Part shown: one piece after another, positions 51,171 to 64,000 of the stretch
Position numbering within the stretch: the stretch's first letter is position 1
Layout of the letters: each line of letters begins with the position of its first letter
NCBI GenBank assembly: GCA_013265495.1
Contig: MU058103.1
Span: 62,001-126,000 of the forward strand
Direction of reading: 5' to 3'
From: Vicugna vicugna
Lineage: Eukaryota
DNA length: 64,000 nt
Program-made: the position numbers and the translations under genes
Notes under the pieces: model-generated
What the model was told of the DNA's origin: nothing
Databases searched by the model: none
The model's input: only the letters and a program-made list of their open reading frames with translations

Positions 51171-51429
51171 TTTACACTACACTAAATATTTTCCTATGAA
51201 GTGAAGAATGGTCATGTGTTTGTTCCATAAATAAGCAAGAATTAAGTAAAGAATGTCTATACAAAGATTCTCTCAAAGTAGAAAAAAATTTAACTGCAAA
51301 TGTTATTTTCTTCCAGGAAAGCAAGTGTGTAACTTTAAAGAATAATAGTGATAATAAGTAACTGTGGTATTTTGTTGTGTGTTTGCATGTGTGTGATGAG
51401 TCTACCCAGTCCCTTCTTCTTTCCAGTAA

Positions 51430-51860
51430 TACTGCCTGGCCAGCTTTGACTTCAGGGGCTGGTGGGTTGAGCATGTGGTTCAAGTTGGCTAATCAGAGCT
51501 TCATCCAGCCATAGTTATTACTGCAGTCACAATATGTAGCTTTAGCTGGACTAATCAGATCTGCACGATGGCGTGCCCACTTTTTCTCTGGAAGTGCCAG
51601 GCTATTGGTGGACTGTGCCTGGTGGTAGTTGTATGAGGAGTCATAGAGTCTGTCTCAAAGCAAGGCCAAACAGAAGCATGCAAAGTTGGAGGAAAGAGAA
51701 ACAGCATTCTGATTATACTATTTGTGTCCCTGGATCCATCTGTGCCTAAAGCTAGTTCTATTCTCTGGACTTCCTAGTTATATAAGTCACAAATTCACTT
51801 TTATCTTAAGATAATTTGAGTTTCTGACCTTTTAAAGTAAAAGAATTATGCCTGCTATGA
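51430..51860 (+). mobile_element. Old MaLR LTR (MLT1J/K/L-like)
   Basis: 'tccctggatccatctgtgcctaaagctagttctattctctggacttcctagttatataagtcacaaattcac...ttaagataatttgagt'. Confidence 0.65.
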
Positions 51861-54314
51861 TTAGTATTGTTGATCAATCACCATATTCCAACCTATAGTG
51901 CAAGCTTTATGTATATTCACAAATTGAAAACTCTCACAAAACCCCCATGATTTAGATTATATTATCTTGAATTTGTAAGTGATAAAATTTAGATGAAAGG
52001 AGTTAAATAATTAACCTTAGTTCATACAATTAGTACTGTGGAAACAATACTTCCAAAATTTATTTTATTTGACTCAAAATCCTGTTTCCCTAACCATCTT
52101 GTTACAGATGCAAACTGATTTTACACACTCCCTAACTTTCATGTGTCAGCAAAATCTCAGCTGCCTTTTAGCATCTGAGACAATCCAGGGAGGGATATAT
52201 GACCCACTGAAAGTCAGAGACTTTATCCTTAAAAGTTTTCCTTCAGTCAATTATTTTTGCCTAAAGTTCACTAATGGGCTAATATATAAGATGCATTGAT
52301 AGTTTTCAATTATAAAGACAATCTGATTGTATAGTTTAGTATTAATAAATAATAGTAATTATAATAGCTATTATATTGTCCTGAGATGACATTATTAAAT
52401 AATAGAAAAGAAGAAAAAAGCATTCTTTTTGGATCTCATAATTGTGATTTAAATCAGATCCACTAATAAATATTTGTGTGGTCAATTTACTGGAACTCTT
52501 TGATAAGATTTAATTTTTTCCTGATCATCAATGATTTTTTTAAGTAGAAAATAGGATTAATACCCCACACAGCACAGACTTCAAACAAACAAATTTTTAC
52601 TTCTGAGATTTCTATACCATTTACAAAGATAATTTCATTACATTAACTATTTTATGCATTGTCTGCCAATCAAATATTTCCATGATAATTGATCATCCTA
52701 TATTTATTAGATAAGAAAAGGAAACACAATGAAAAGCTAAAATTAAGTAACAGATAAACTAAAACATTCATAACTAAATTCAATTGTATTGATACGTGCT
52801 AGGGATATCATTGACCCAACCTTAGTATGTCCATACCCCTGTCTTTATAATGATGATGTTATTATCTCAGAGGAAACAATTTAGTAAGCTGTTTTCAGTC
52901 TGGAAAAAAATGATATGAGACCTCAAATACTATTTCTAAGAATCTCTAAAGGTCAATGCAATAGCAAACAGAGAACACCTAGACATCACACACAAAATTG
53001 CCCTTTAGAAACAAAGAATATAGCCAATTAAATTGCTGCTGGATGTCAATGAAACTTGCATTTGGTGACATCAATTGGATCTGAGTAACTTTGAAAGAAG
53101 GACTACAGTTTTCTCCTGAGTTGATTCCGATGGCAGAGTCTACAAAGGCAAGGCATATTATAGAAAATCAGTTTGACTTCAGTTGCTTTTAAATTTTTCA
53201 TGTCTAGAATATTTGATTTCCTTATGCTGTGAATTTTAGTGCAAAGGCTTTGGTCTCTGTTGTCCAAATTAGGTAGGTTTGCTTGATGCTGTTTTATTGA
53301 GTATATGTGAAGATATCACTTTTTGTTGTTTTTTTCATTTTCTGGATATTTTGCCCAAATGCAAATACCAGATGCAACCTACCTTGGTGCCTCTCCAATG
53401 TACACATCAAATTATATCCTTTGTAGCAATTCATTATTATAAGATGAAATCAAAGTTTACCTCAGCAAGAAGATAATAGTGTCATTGCATTTTTCCCCTA
53501 TTTTATGTTGTGATATTTCCTAAATAGGCCCTGATGTGGTCAATATTTAACTGAATATACATGTTAATAAACAAAAAATTTGTACCTAACTCATAGTAGG
53601 TACTTAAAAATGTTGGATACCAAACTTCAATAAATATCTGACAATAAATAAACATTTGTTAAATTGAATTGACCAATGTAATTCTTAACCAGTTTGCTCA
53701 CCCATTAAAAAATCTCCAGGTCCTTTCCTCCAAAACTGCAAACATAGATTTCACAGAATATTTTGCGAGCGATTTCAGGGGAGATGCACAATCTCTGTGG
53801 GTCAATATAAACAAATCACTTTTAAAGTAATAAGAATAAAGTTTTAAAGGACTTACCATATCAATAAATCCTTATAACAATGCCTGCTTTTGAATAAATT
53901 AAATGTTGGGTTTATGACAAAGGCATCATGGTAAATCATTTCTAATTTCTAATTCTGTGGTGTTAGTGAAACTGGGTAAGTGATTTTGCAAAATCTGTAC
54001 CTAGACTGCTGGAAATTGAACATTCTAGCCAAATAAATTTTACTTATCTATTTTTTCTCCATTAAAATGTCTGCTGTCCCTGTCTTTGCCTCTATAAATA
54101 TGATCTAGTGGACAGTGATGTCCAATTCTTTTATTACTCTAATCAGGTACTACTTTAGGCTCACTGTTTGTAATATCAAGTCCCATTTTGTGGTGCTGAA
54201 GTGAGAAAAAGAGGCAAAATTATAGAAAGTGGTACAATTAAAGGGCATCTTGGGCACTGTTTGTTTTAGTTATACTTCATATCTATATCATAAACATTTA
54301 TCCATTAAAAAGTT

Positions 54315-54525
54315 CTGAACCCTAATGTAAGCTATGACTTTAAGTGATTGTGCTAGTACAGGTTCATCACTTGTAACAAATGTACATCCCTGGTAAGGGA
54401 TGTTGCTTATGGGAGGCTATGCATTGTAGGGGACAGGAAGTATGTGGGAAATCTCTGTACCTTCCTCTTAATTGTGCTGTGAACCTAGAACTCCTTTTAA
54501 AAAATGGAGTCTTTAAAATTTAAAA
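54315..54525 (+). mobile_element. L1MC-like 3' terminus
   Basis: 'tgaaccctaatgtaagctatgacttt...caggttcatcacttgtaacaaatgtac...gggaaatctctgtaccttcctcttaattgtgctgtgaacctagaact'. Confidence 0.8.
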
Positions 54526-56229
54526 CAAAAATGGATTCTTCACAGTTCCTCAGAGGGAACCAGGAGAGATTTGGGGCAGAGACACTATTGGAATCCAGTA
54601 TAAGATACTGAAGAGCAGCCCTTCATGGAAATAAATCAACACACGTTAAAATGAAATTAATTTTAATTGTTTTATAGTTACAGTTAGCATGGTTATGAAT
54701 TCTGTGTATAAAATGGTTATTATAGGCTTAAGCAGAACTCAAAATTTCAATTTTCATCAAAAGCAAGAAAGGGAACTAACAATCCTTGAATACCTAGGGT
54801 GCCAGGAAAAAAAAGCTCATAAAATTTAACTTTGCCTTCACAAAAACGTGGAGTGGTATCATCACAGGTAAAGAAACCAAGGCTCAGAAAGGATGACTAA
54901 TATATCTGTCTTTCACAAAAGTATAAAATAGCAGAGCCAGGATTTGAACTCAAGTTACACTGTAATACTTAGCCCACATCCCTGAAGATGAGAAAACCCT
55001 TCCTCCTTGGTCAGCGTGAATTTGGTACTTTAAACACTTCTATTTCAACACTTTGGTTAAATTTCATGAGTCATTCATTCCTGGGTGTCTCTAGTGTCTT
55101 TTAAGAGATTGGATGAGAAATCTGTGGATTTTTTCGACTTTCATCATATTATTATTACATCTCCACAGCACTAAGAATGAAACCCTTGTTGCAGAATGTG
55201 GAGCAATTCCTGAGGAGTGAGGACCAGATTAAGAAGAGGCTAGGAAGTGGGGGACATGGGTGCCAAGCAATGACAATGATTCAGATCACAGGCTAGATTT
55301 GACATCCTCTTTCAACACCACACTTAAAATTTTTTTAATTTTAAAATTAAACTCTTTAATTTTTTCCCTAATTATTTTTTTCAGCTTCACTTATTTTCTT
55401 TGTCATAAGCGAAAGTATTTTTATTGTCCTGTCCACATTATTTTTCCCTACATTCCTCCACCTCTATTCTTTCCTTTTTTCCCCCTCTTTTGCCCCTAAG
55501 GATTAGTTTTGGAGCTTTCACAGAAGAAATCAAATATGTTCTGCAAACCTATTTAGATAAACTGTGTTTTCATGGTCCACACAGTCCAAAGCCCTGCAGA
55601 GAACAAAATGTCCTTCCTGAGATGCATACAGTTTGAACGCATGACGTTTCTTAGCCACAGGCAGAGGGCTAAATTCTCTCTTACAGGGGGAAGGTGGCAT
55701 TTCCGATGACCTTTTATGGGGTCATGAAAGCCATCTTCATCCCTCAGCCCTCCGCGGGGCCTTTTTGGTCTCCCTTTTAGTACCTTTGTCTCTGGTGCCT
55801 TTGCCAACTTTCCTCTCACCAGGTGCAGTGGGGACCTTTCTTTCCTTGCTGAATGGTACCCCCTTCTTGGACAGCCTTATTTTGGCTGCTTGCAGACCAG
55901 GTGATGCTCTAGCCCATGCTGGCTGTTGAATGCCTATCTGCCTGGTCTTCCCTTTCATTTCTTTCTCATCCTGTCAGTTCTCTTTGGAGGCCTGGGACAC
56001 TGGTTAGTGAATATTCTCTGATGTTCTCAATCAGCGCCAGAATTCCCACATGTACTAATTCTTGACCAACTGTGTTCTTTGTGATGCTCATGCTAAACTT
56101 CTATGTTTATCATTTTAACTTGTTTGTTTTCACCAGACCCTGTTTTGGGAAGTAGGTGGGTAGAACTTTCACTTGGTACAAAGTAGAGAGGGAGACAGAC
56201 TGTGAGATTCAAGATCAGGCACCAAATTG

Positions 56230-56400
56230 TTTCCTGGATTTAAATAATAATTCCAATACTTATGAGCTTTGTGAATTTGAGTATGCTGTTTATATTCTTG
56301 GAGCCTCTGTTTCTCATATGTAAAATGAGGATCCTAATGGTATCAACCTCCTATGGTTGTTGTGAGAATTAAATGAGATAAGGCATGGAAGACACATACT
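56230..56400 (+). mobile_element. MIR SINE
   Basis: 'gagcctctgtttctcatatgtaaaatgaggat...acctcctatggttgttgtgagaattaaatgagataaggcatg'. Confidence 0.8.
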
Positions 56401-56775
56401 ACTGGGTTTTAATATCTGTCCTGTTTTTCTGAGCAATATGAGTTTTACCATGTACTGAGAATTTTGGCATCCATTGTCAGAGTTGTGAATTAACACTGCG
56501 CATTTGACAAATTAAAAATTCTTACTAAATTCTTATAGAAAGAGAAAGTAGGCTCAGAAAGTAAAGCAATGTGTTGATAATCTTGTATCCAATGTCACCT
56601 ATTATGTGGCCAAGCTAGAACTAAAACTTCCCTTTTGGTGATCACCAATTTAATGTTCTAAACATTGTATGATTCCTTTCTAGATTGACGTTAGCAGTTA
56701 GCCTTCTTTTGTCCATTTCGGCCTCCATCATCTGCTCCCAGGCTTACAGAATACCACTATGCACCTAGTGGTTAT

Positions 56776-57134
56776 CAATATATATTTCTTTCTTCTTGAA
56801 TGTATTTTTTTTATTTTTATTGAAGTATAGTCAGTTACAATGTGTCAATTTCTGATGTACAGCACCATGTCCCAGTCATGCATATACATACGTATATTTG
56901 TTTTTAGATTCTTTTTAATTAAAGGTTATTACAAGATATTGAATATAGTTCCCTGTGCTATACAGAAGAAATTTGGTTTTTTAAAATATGTTTTTACATA
57001 TAGTGGCTAACATTTGCAAATTCAAACTCCCAAATTTATCCCTTCCAACCTCCTTTCACCCAGTAACCATAAGATAGTTTACTATGTCTGTGAGTCTGTT
57101 TCTGTTTTTTAGTTAAGTACAATATATATTTCTT
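56776..57134 (-). mobile_element. L1 3'UTR insertion with a perfect 15-bp TSD
   Basis: CAATATATATTTCTT at 56776-56790 and 57120-57134. The right copy is followed by AA (TTCTT/AA, an L1 endonuclease-like site). The body is similar to 10563-10862. Confidence 0.9.
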
Positions 57135-58659
57135 AATTAAATGTATTGAGTATCTAAAGAAAAGGTCCAACTATGTTTAAAAATGCATTTCCAGTGACAT
57201 TTCAGAACATGACAAAAAATTTCACCTCTATAAAGTTTAGTAATTATGTTCTTAACCTCAGAATAAGCTATAGCATGTAGAAGATAAAAGAGAAAAACAG
57301 TAGGTAAGCTTAATTTATTCTGGCATGGCCTAAAATGCCCTTAGAGATTCAGGGGTCTGCCTTTTTTCCCCCTATATTTATTGTCTGATATGTCTTATCT
57401 TACATTTCATAATCTGAAATTTTAAATTATTTCTCTTCTCTGTACATACACTGTGTACTTTTATGTTCATGTTGTTACCTTTTCCAGTAATGCTCATTTT
57501 TTGTGGAAATAACCATCTGTTCAATCATAAGTTACTTAAGGAAAGAGGCTGAGTTTATTCATCTCTGCACTTTAGTGCCCAGCCTAGGCCTTAGTAGAGC
57601 AGGCACTCAATAGTTTAATTCCAGCACACGTTTTGGTAATTTATTCACTGGTGAATATTCACCACTGGACTGTGTAATATATATGTCATGAACTTTCTCT
57701 GTATAGTTTTCTAAAAGCCTCACAGCAGCTATACCATGGATGGCCATTTGACAGATGAGTTTACAGGCTCAGAAAAAATGCTTGGTTTGCCCAAATTAAT
57801 ATAAATTGCTAGGGACAGAGGTGGAAAGTAGGGTCTATTACTTTTATACCAACCTGGTTAGGGACCATGTTTTAATTATCATCCACTTTGCCTTGTACAA
57901 TTGGCATCTGATATTTGTTCCTAAGTGTGATCTATGTATGCATGTGTACATGTAATTGTCATGTTTGTGATGCCTATTAAGTACCAATATGAGGATATGG
58001 CCAACAACGCCATAGTATATCTATGCAGTTTCTTAATTTCCTATTTGAGACAAGAGCATCTTGACATGCTCTTCTTCTGATTTTTATGTTACTTGTCAAC
58101 TGCCTTTAGTATGTAAAAGTGGATCACACTGGCTGGCAACTTTCACAGCCTTGTATCTACAACCACCTCTGAGAAATCAGAATGTTGCATAACTTTCAGT
58201 CTATGGAAAAATGTATGTTGTGAGCTGTAAAAAGCTGCTATACCCATGCCAATTCTCATAGTCTTCATGTATATATGGTCAAGAGTCCTTGTAGCCTGGG
58301 GGTTCTGCTGAAGAGATCAACTTCGGAATTTTTACATTAGAAGTTATTAAGAAAGCTCAAGATTTACAAATGAAAAAAAATTACATAAGTAACTATACCA
58401 AGCTCTAGACAATCATAGAGATAGTGAGTCTCTTGAATCTGAAACTACCTTTGGACTGACCAAAGTGGTCTATTTATGATAATTCAATCATACAAAAAAC
58501 TAAACAAAACTCAAAACTCATTTATAATGGGAGCAGTGTAGCCAGTTACTGGGAATTTGGGCAGTATGGTTGAATGGAGAAGTTGGAGTAACAATAATAA
58601 TGTGATAAAGATGCTTTGTGTTTTTTTATAGATTATTTATAATATAACCTATAAAAGGG

Positions 58660-58900
58660 CAGCTGAGTGGTGCTAAAAAATGATGTTTTGGAGATGAATA
58701 AAATTGGGTTTTAATCATGTCAGTCTCACATCTTACCTGTGTGATGCTGGGCAATTTCTTTAATCATATCTTGTCTAAGATTACTCACCTATAAAACATG
58801 GCTACACATACATATCATCTAGGGTTATTGTGATGATTAGAGATAATACATATGAATAGCATGAAGAACGAAGGAGCTCAATAAATACTTATAACTGACT
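58660..58900 (+). mobile_element. Near full-length MIR
   Basis: 'ttggagatgaataaaattgggttttaatc...cttacctgtgtgatgctgggcaatttctttaatc...tcacctataaaacatgg...tagggttattgtgatgattagagataata...gctcaataaat'. Confidence 0.75.
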
Positions 58901-60498
58901 TTATTATTTTTAGTAGTATTATACTTCCTTTTATGAAGGGGTTCAGTATTTAGGTGAAATAATTAATCCTACTACCTGAACGGAAGTTTTCTATGAATAT
59001 GACAACAATGTGTCAGTATTTTCCATACATTTATGTGAGAATTGTTATCTGAATAGGTGTACTCCCTCAATTTGAAATTTTTATTAACTCATATATTTAT
59101 ATATTAATTCATATATTCAAAATTTTTACTTTTATTATTCTACTTTAAATCTGTTTTCTGGTTTTTATTCCAGAATGTGTTTTTAATAACAACATCCCAA
59201 GTGCATTAATTATCTTGCAAATAAACCTCATAAGTGATAAGATCATTCTTTTCTAACTAAAACTGTGTAAAAGAGTATTAAAAATAGTCTGTCTATTCAT
59301 GTTAAACTCATGGAAGAAAAAAAAAACAGAATGACATTCACTTGAAAGATTTAAAATGATAAAAGAATAAAGGTGTAAAAGATTGTACTTCAAAGGCGAC
59401 CTTAGAATTTTATTAAGAACTTGAAATGGATGTCCTATTCTAGATCACTGAGTATTGGTTAGCATTCAAATCTAAACTCAGAAAAGTGTAACTATGGTCT
59501 ATTTATGAGCATACAAATGAAACTGGATTTTCTTTGGGAAAAGTAACTTACAATAGTCTGACCAAATTTATTTTACTAGGTTTAAAACTGGATGAACATC
59601 TGTTTCCTTTCTAGTATATTGTGTAGGATCATGGCATTAAGCCATTCACGAGAATGGATATTGACTTTTATGAAAATCACATGAGCCAGTTTGATTCAAC
59701 AATCCCTTGTTAAAATCTGTTTGAAGACTAAAAATACATAATACAAATAAATGAGTGAAGAAAAATGGCTTGTTTTGTAATAAATATTACTGATAGTGTT
59801 AATGGTTGCCAACTGACATCAAATACAAAAGTAAAAAAAAGAAAGTCAGTATGATCTTAAGACCAAAGCAAGAGTTCAAGGAACCTAGAACTTGTTACAC
59901 TTATTTTGATTAGTCACCTTGATCGAATCATCTAAATCTTTTTACCTCGTCATTTCTGTAGCCGACTCGACTTAATGGCAATATATGCAAATAAACAGTG
60001 CCAACCCATCATGGTGTAAAAATTTAGTTTACATGTAGCAGTGGAAGGGTCTTAAGGAAAACTATTTCTGTGACAGAAAATATATTTTCAATTCAACAAT
60101 TTTTCGTGTGCCCATTATTTTTCAGGGGTTGGATTAAGTACAAGGAATGAAAACAAGGGCAATGTGCCATTGTGCCCTTGAAGAATCCCCAACCTAATGT
60201 ATGAAATGCTTTAAATGGGCACCAAACCTACTTCGTTCAAATTGCCTGCGACATGAAAATTGGCCATTTTATAAGCAAGGCACAATTTACCTTTGTATTA
60301 CCTAATTTAAATGTTTTTAAAGTTAATTAATAAGGTAAATTATATTAAGCTTACCTAAAGGAACAAAGATTTTTAAGGTATTTGGAAGGACCCACTTACA
60401 AACCAACAATAACAGCAACAAAAAATCCATATATCACATGATAAGATGTAAGTATTCAGAATTACAGTTTTGAAAATGACTTTGATGTTAAATAAAAT

Positions 60499-61971
60499 AC
60501 ATACTCTCCTTTATTTTTATTTTTATTTTTATTTTTTTATTTTATTTCTTTTATTGATTTATAATCATTTTACAATGTTGTGTCAAATTCCAGTGTAGAG
60601 CACAATTTTTCAGTTATACATGAACATATATATATTGATTGTCACATTGTTTTCTCTGTGAGCTACCATAAGATCTTGTGTATATTTCCCTGTGCTATAC
60701 AGTATAATCTTGTTTATCTATTCTACAATTTTGAAATCCCTTCTATCCCTTCCCACCCTCCGCCCCCTTGGCAACTACAAGTTTGTATTCTATGTCTATG
60801 AGTCTGTTTCTGTTTTGTATTTATGCTTTGTTTGTTTGTTTTTGTTTTTGTTTTTGTTTTTGTTTTTGTTTTTGTTTTTGTTTAGATTCTACATATGAGC
60901 GATCTCATATGGTACTTTTCTTTCTCTTTCTGGCTTACTTCACTTAGAATGACATTCTCCAGGAGCATCCATGTTGCTGCAAATGGCGTTATGTTGTCGG
61001 TTTTTATGGCTGAGTAGTATTCCGTTGTGTAAATATACCCATCTTCTTTATCCGGGCATCCATTGATGGACATTTAGGCTGTCTCCATGTCTTGACTATT
61101 GTAAATAGTGCTGCTATGAACATTGGGGTGCAGGTGTCATCCTGAAGTAGGGTTCCTTCTGGATATATGCCCAGCAGTGGGATCCCTGGGTCATATGGTA
61201 AGTCTATTCCTAGTCTTTTGAGGAATGTCAGTACTGTTTTGGTCAACTAATCTTTGACAAAGGAGGCAAGAATATACAATGGAATAAAGACAGTCTCTTC
61301 AGAAAATGGTGTTGGGAAAACTGGACAGCAGCAGGTAAAGCAATGAAGCTAGAACACTCCCTTACACCATACACAAAAATAAACTCAAAATGGATCAAAG
61401 ACTTAAACATAAGACAAGATACAATAAACCTCCTTGAAGAAAATATAGGCAAAACATTATCTGACATACATCTCAAAAATGTTCTCTTTGAACAGTCTAC
61501 TCAAGCAATAGAAATAAAAGCAAGAATAAACAAATGAGACCTAATGAAACTTACAAACTTCTGCACAGCGAAAACCATAAGTAAAACGACAACCTACAGA
61601 ATGGGAAAAAATTTTTGCAAATGAAACCGACAAAGGCTTGATCTCCAGAAAATATAAGCAGCTCATACGAGTAATAAGAAATAACCAAACAACCCATTCC
61701 GAAAATGGGCAAAAGACCTAAACAAGCAATTCTCTAAGGAAAACATACAAATGATCAATAGGCACATGAAAAAATGCTCAATATCACTAATTATCAGAGA
61801 AATGCAAATCAAAACTACAATGAGGTATCACCTCACACCAGTCAGAATGGCTATCATTCAAAAATCCACAAATGACAAATGCTGGAGAGGCTGTGGAGAA
61901 AGGGGAACCCTCCTACACTGCTGGTGGGAATGCAGTTTGGTGCAGCCACTGTGGAAAACATACTCTCCTTT
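60499..61971 (-). mobile_element. Young 5'-truncated L1 with a 5' inversion (twin priming) and 14-bp TSD
   Basis: TSD ACATACTCTCCTTT at 60499-60512 and 61958-61971. 60513-61240 is a minus-strand tail, 3'UTR and ORF2 end ('DLPYDPGIPLLGIYP', 'ILSEVSQKEKEKYHM'). 61241-61960 is plus-strand ORF2 ('GQLIFDKGGKN', 'LTPYTKINSKWIKDLN', '[18 protein letters not shown]'). Confidence 0.95.
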
Positions 61972-62549
61972 TATAGAAGCTGATACCCATAGATGTTATG
62001 TGTCTTTTCCAAGGATGCAGGATTTGTTAGTGGTAAAACAGGAACCAGAGCCCAGGCTTCTTACCTTCCAATTTCTTGATTACATTATGCATTATATATC
62101 ATTAAAATATAACTGCAAAATCTTAACTCTTGAAATATTCTGACATAACTTTGTGAAGCCAGATGCCATTTCAGATTGAACCAGAGGAAAGAAATTTAAA
62201 ATATGCCATAATTCAGACTACCCGTAGACCATTTGAAGTCCAACGTGTACTTATCTTTGTACCTATGAGTTGTGATTTGTATCCCTTATTTTCCTTCGTA
62301 CTTGCTTCTGAGAACTTTTTACCAAAAAATAGATTCCTGATGCATTCAGGAGATGGTCTAGTTTTTATTACTGGGTATCCAAAGCCATTTGCATATTATA
62401 AGACTTATTCTTACCCTTCTTCCCTTATCTCTTACCACTGTCTCTTTCAAACTATTCATACCAATCATTAGGGACCCTGTGTAACTTCTGTCAAGGTCTA
62501 CCATCTCCAGACATTTACTCAGACTATTTATTGGCTTTTAATGTTCTTA

Positions 62550-62825
62550 TGTCCTCTTTGCCTGGATAGTTCTTCAAACCTAAGCTTAGATATTACTTCC
62601 TTCAGAGTAGTAGCCTTTCCTGGATATCCCTCCAGCATTTAACAACCTCCTTCTTTATGTGCTCCTATCAAATTCTATCTCCATTACTGTGTGTTCACAT
62701 AGTATTACAGCTGTCAGCGTGTTCTCTCTCTTCCCTACTAAGTGACACATTCTTGTACTGTGTTCACTGTTGTATCTTCAGCAATTGTTTCAGCACATAG
62801 TAGGAAACAATAAAGTAATTGTTTA
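62550..62825 (+). mobile_element. L2 3' fragment
   Basis: 'agcttagatattacttccttcag', 'tgttcactgttgtatcttcagcaattgtttcagcacatagtaggaaacaataaagt'. Confidence 0.6.
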
Positions 62826-64000
62826 TTTACATTATATGAAAAATTAAGATGTCAGTATTGCATCTGTAAAGAATATTATTATAGTTTGAGGGGGGTTATT
62901 CTCTTTCTGGTATCACCCATATGAAAGATGAATCAGTACTATATGTCATTGAAGCATATTTTCAATGTAAAAAATCAAGACACATCGAAAAACAAAGAGA
63001 GATATCTGAAGCATCAAGACAGATAGTTAAAATGAAGAGTGATACAGATATATAAAAAATCAAGAAAGATACCTGGGATTTTTTCATGGGAAATTTTTTT
63101 GAAAATCCCTGGATCATCTGAAAAACTGCATTTATATTCATGGTTAGAATGTTCATTTTTATTTTGGATTCAGCATTTGATAGCTCTTATAAGGAAAATG
63201 TAAAAGGAAGTGTAAGTCATATACTAATTATTTATGCTTCTATTACAATATCATCCTATGGATTATTAAGAAATATTGGAGTTGAAACCCATCTTAGAAT
63301 CATTATACTCAACTCCATCAATTAGCAAAAGCAAAAGCTGGGTTAAATTCTCACAAGATCAGACAGCTGGCTTGTGGAAGAGCAGGAACTAGAGCTAAGT
63401 CTCTTATCTCCCACTCTAGGGCATTTCATACCCCACTGCATATAACAATAGCAACAATAGGCAAGTTTTTAGTATTTTAGGCCTTGTAAATCTGCCTACC
63501 CATGTGGAAGGATCTTAATTTTTATAGTAAGTGTAGAAAAAAAATGTAACTCTGAGTGTTTGCTATTACAGATTGGAAAAATCCTTGGAAAATAAATATA
63601 TTTCTTCTTTGGGAGCCAATGTTAAGAAAAGCTGTGTTAAAAGTGGATTTTCTGACTTTTATTTAGCATTTGGGTTATTGTAAGCCATTTTGATATTCAT
63701 TTACTTTATTATTAAGAACCTACTGTATATAGAGCTTATGTTAGGTGCTATAAAGTCTAATGATGGAGAGAAGATCCTTTATGCAATTAAAGTTCTTTCA
63801 GGCTAGTATAAAAGTATAAAGCAATTGTTGTTGTTGTTGTTGTTAATTCAGAGTACATGTCACTCCTTAAATATAATTCTGATGTCTCCTATGGAATATG
63901 AATTAATTTCTATAAACATGATATGCATTTCTTTATTAAAATATTAGATACCCTAATGCATATGGCTTATATATACAAAGTCCTTGAGTTAACTTTTTAG

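Noticed and set aside
59140..59180. Strong acceptor-like 'tgttttctggtttttattccag'
   Set aside because: No convincing donor or reading frame follows. Such motifs are common in AT-rich introns.

Overview
This is AT-rich mammalian genomic DNA, very probably camelid (camel/alpaca), judged from two copies of a tRNA-Ala-derived Vic-1-like SINE and the L1 3' ends. I can support no intact protein-coding exon. The supplied ORFs are L1 or Tigger remnants, microsatellite read-throughs, or short chance ORFs. The one gene-like signal is a GC/CpG-enriched candidate promoter plus ATG-free first exon on the + strand (~13600-14022). It contains a CA microsatellite and ends at AAG|GTAAGA. It is followed by ~3 kb without recognisable TEs and what looks like a >50 kb first intron. 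I cannot name the gene. The rest is a transposon record: a degraded 5'-truncated L1 (5590-9738), a near full-length Tigger1 with an internal deletion and a nested L1 fragment, MaLR LTRs, MER5A, a Zaphod/MER115-like fragment, MIRs and L2s. The most notable structures are an ORF1-only 'half-L1'-like element, a twin-primed 5'-inverted L1 with a 14-bp TSD, and a possible composite SINE-MIR-SINE insertion inside one imperfect TSD. I found no convincing new biological system. Repeat family names come from recalled consensus sequences, not a database search.
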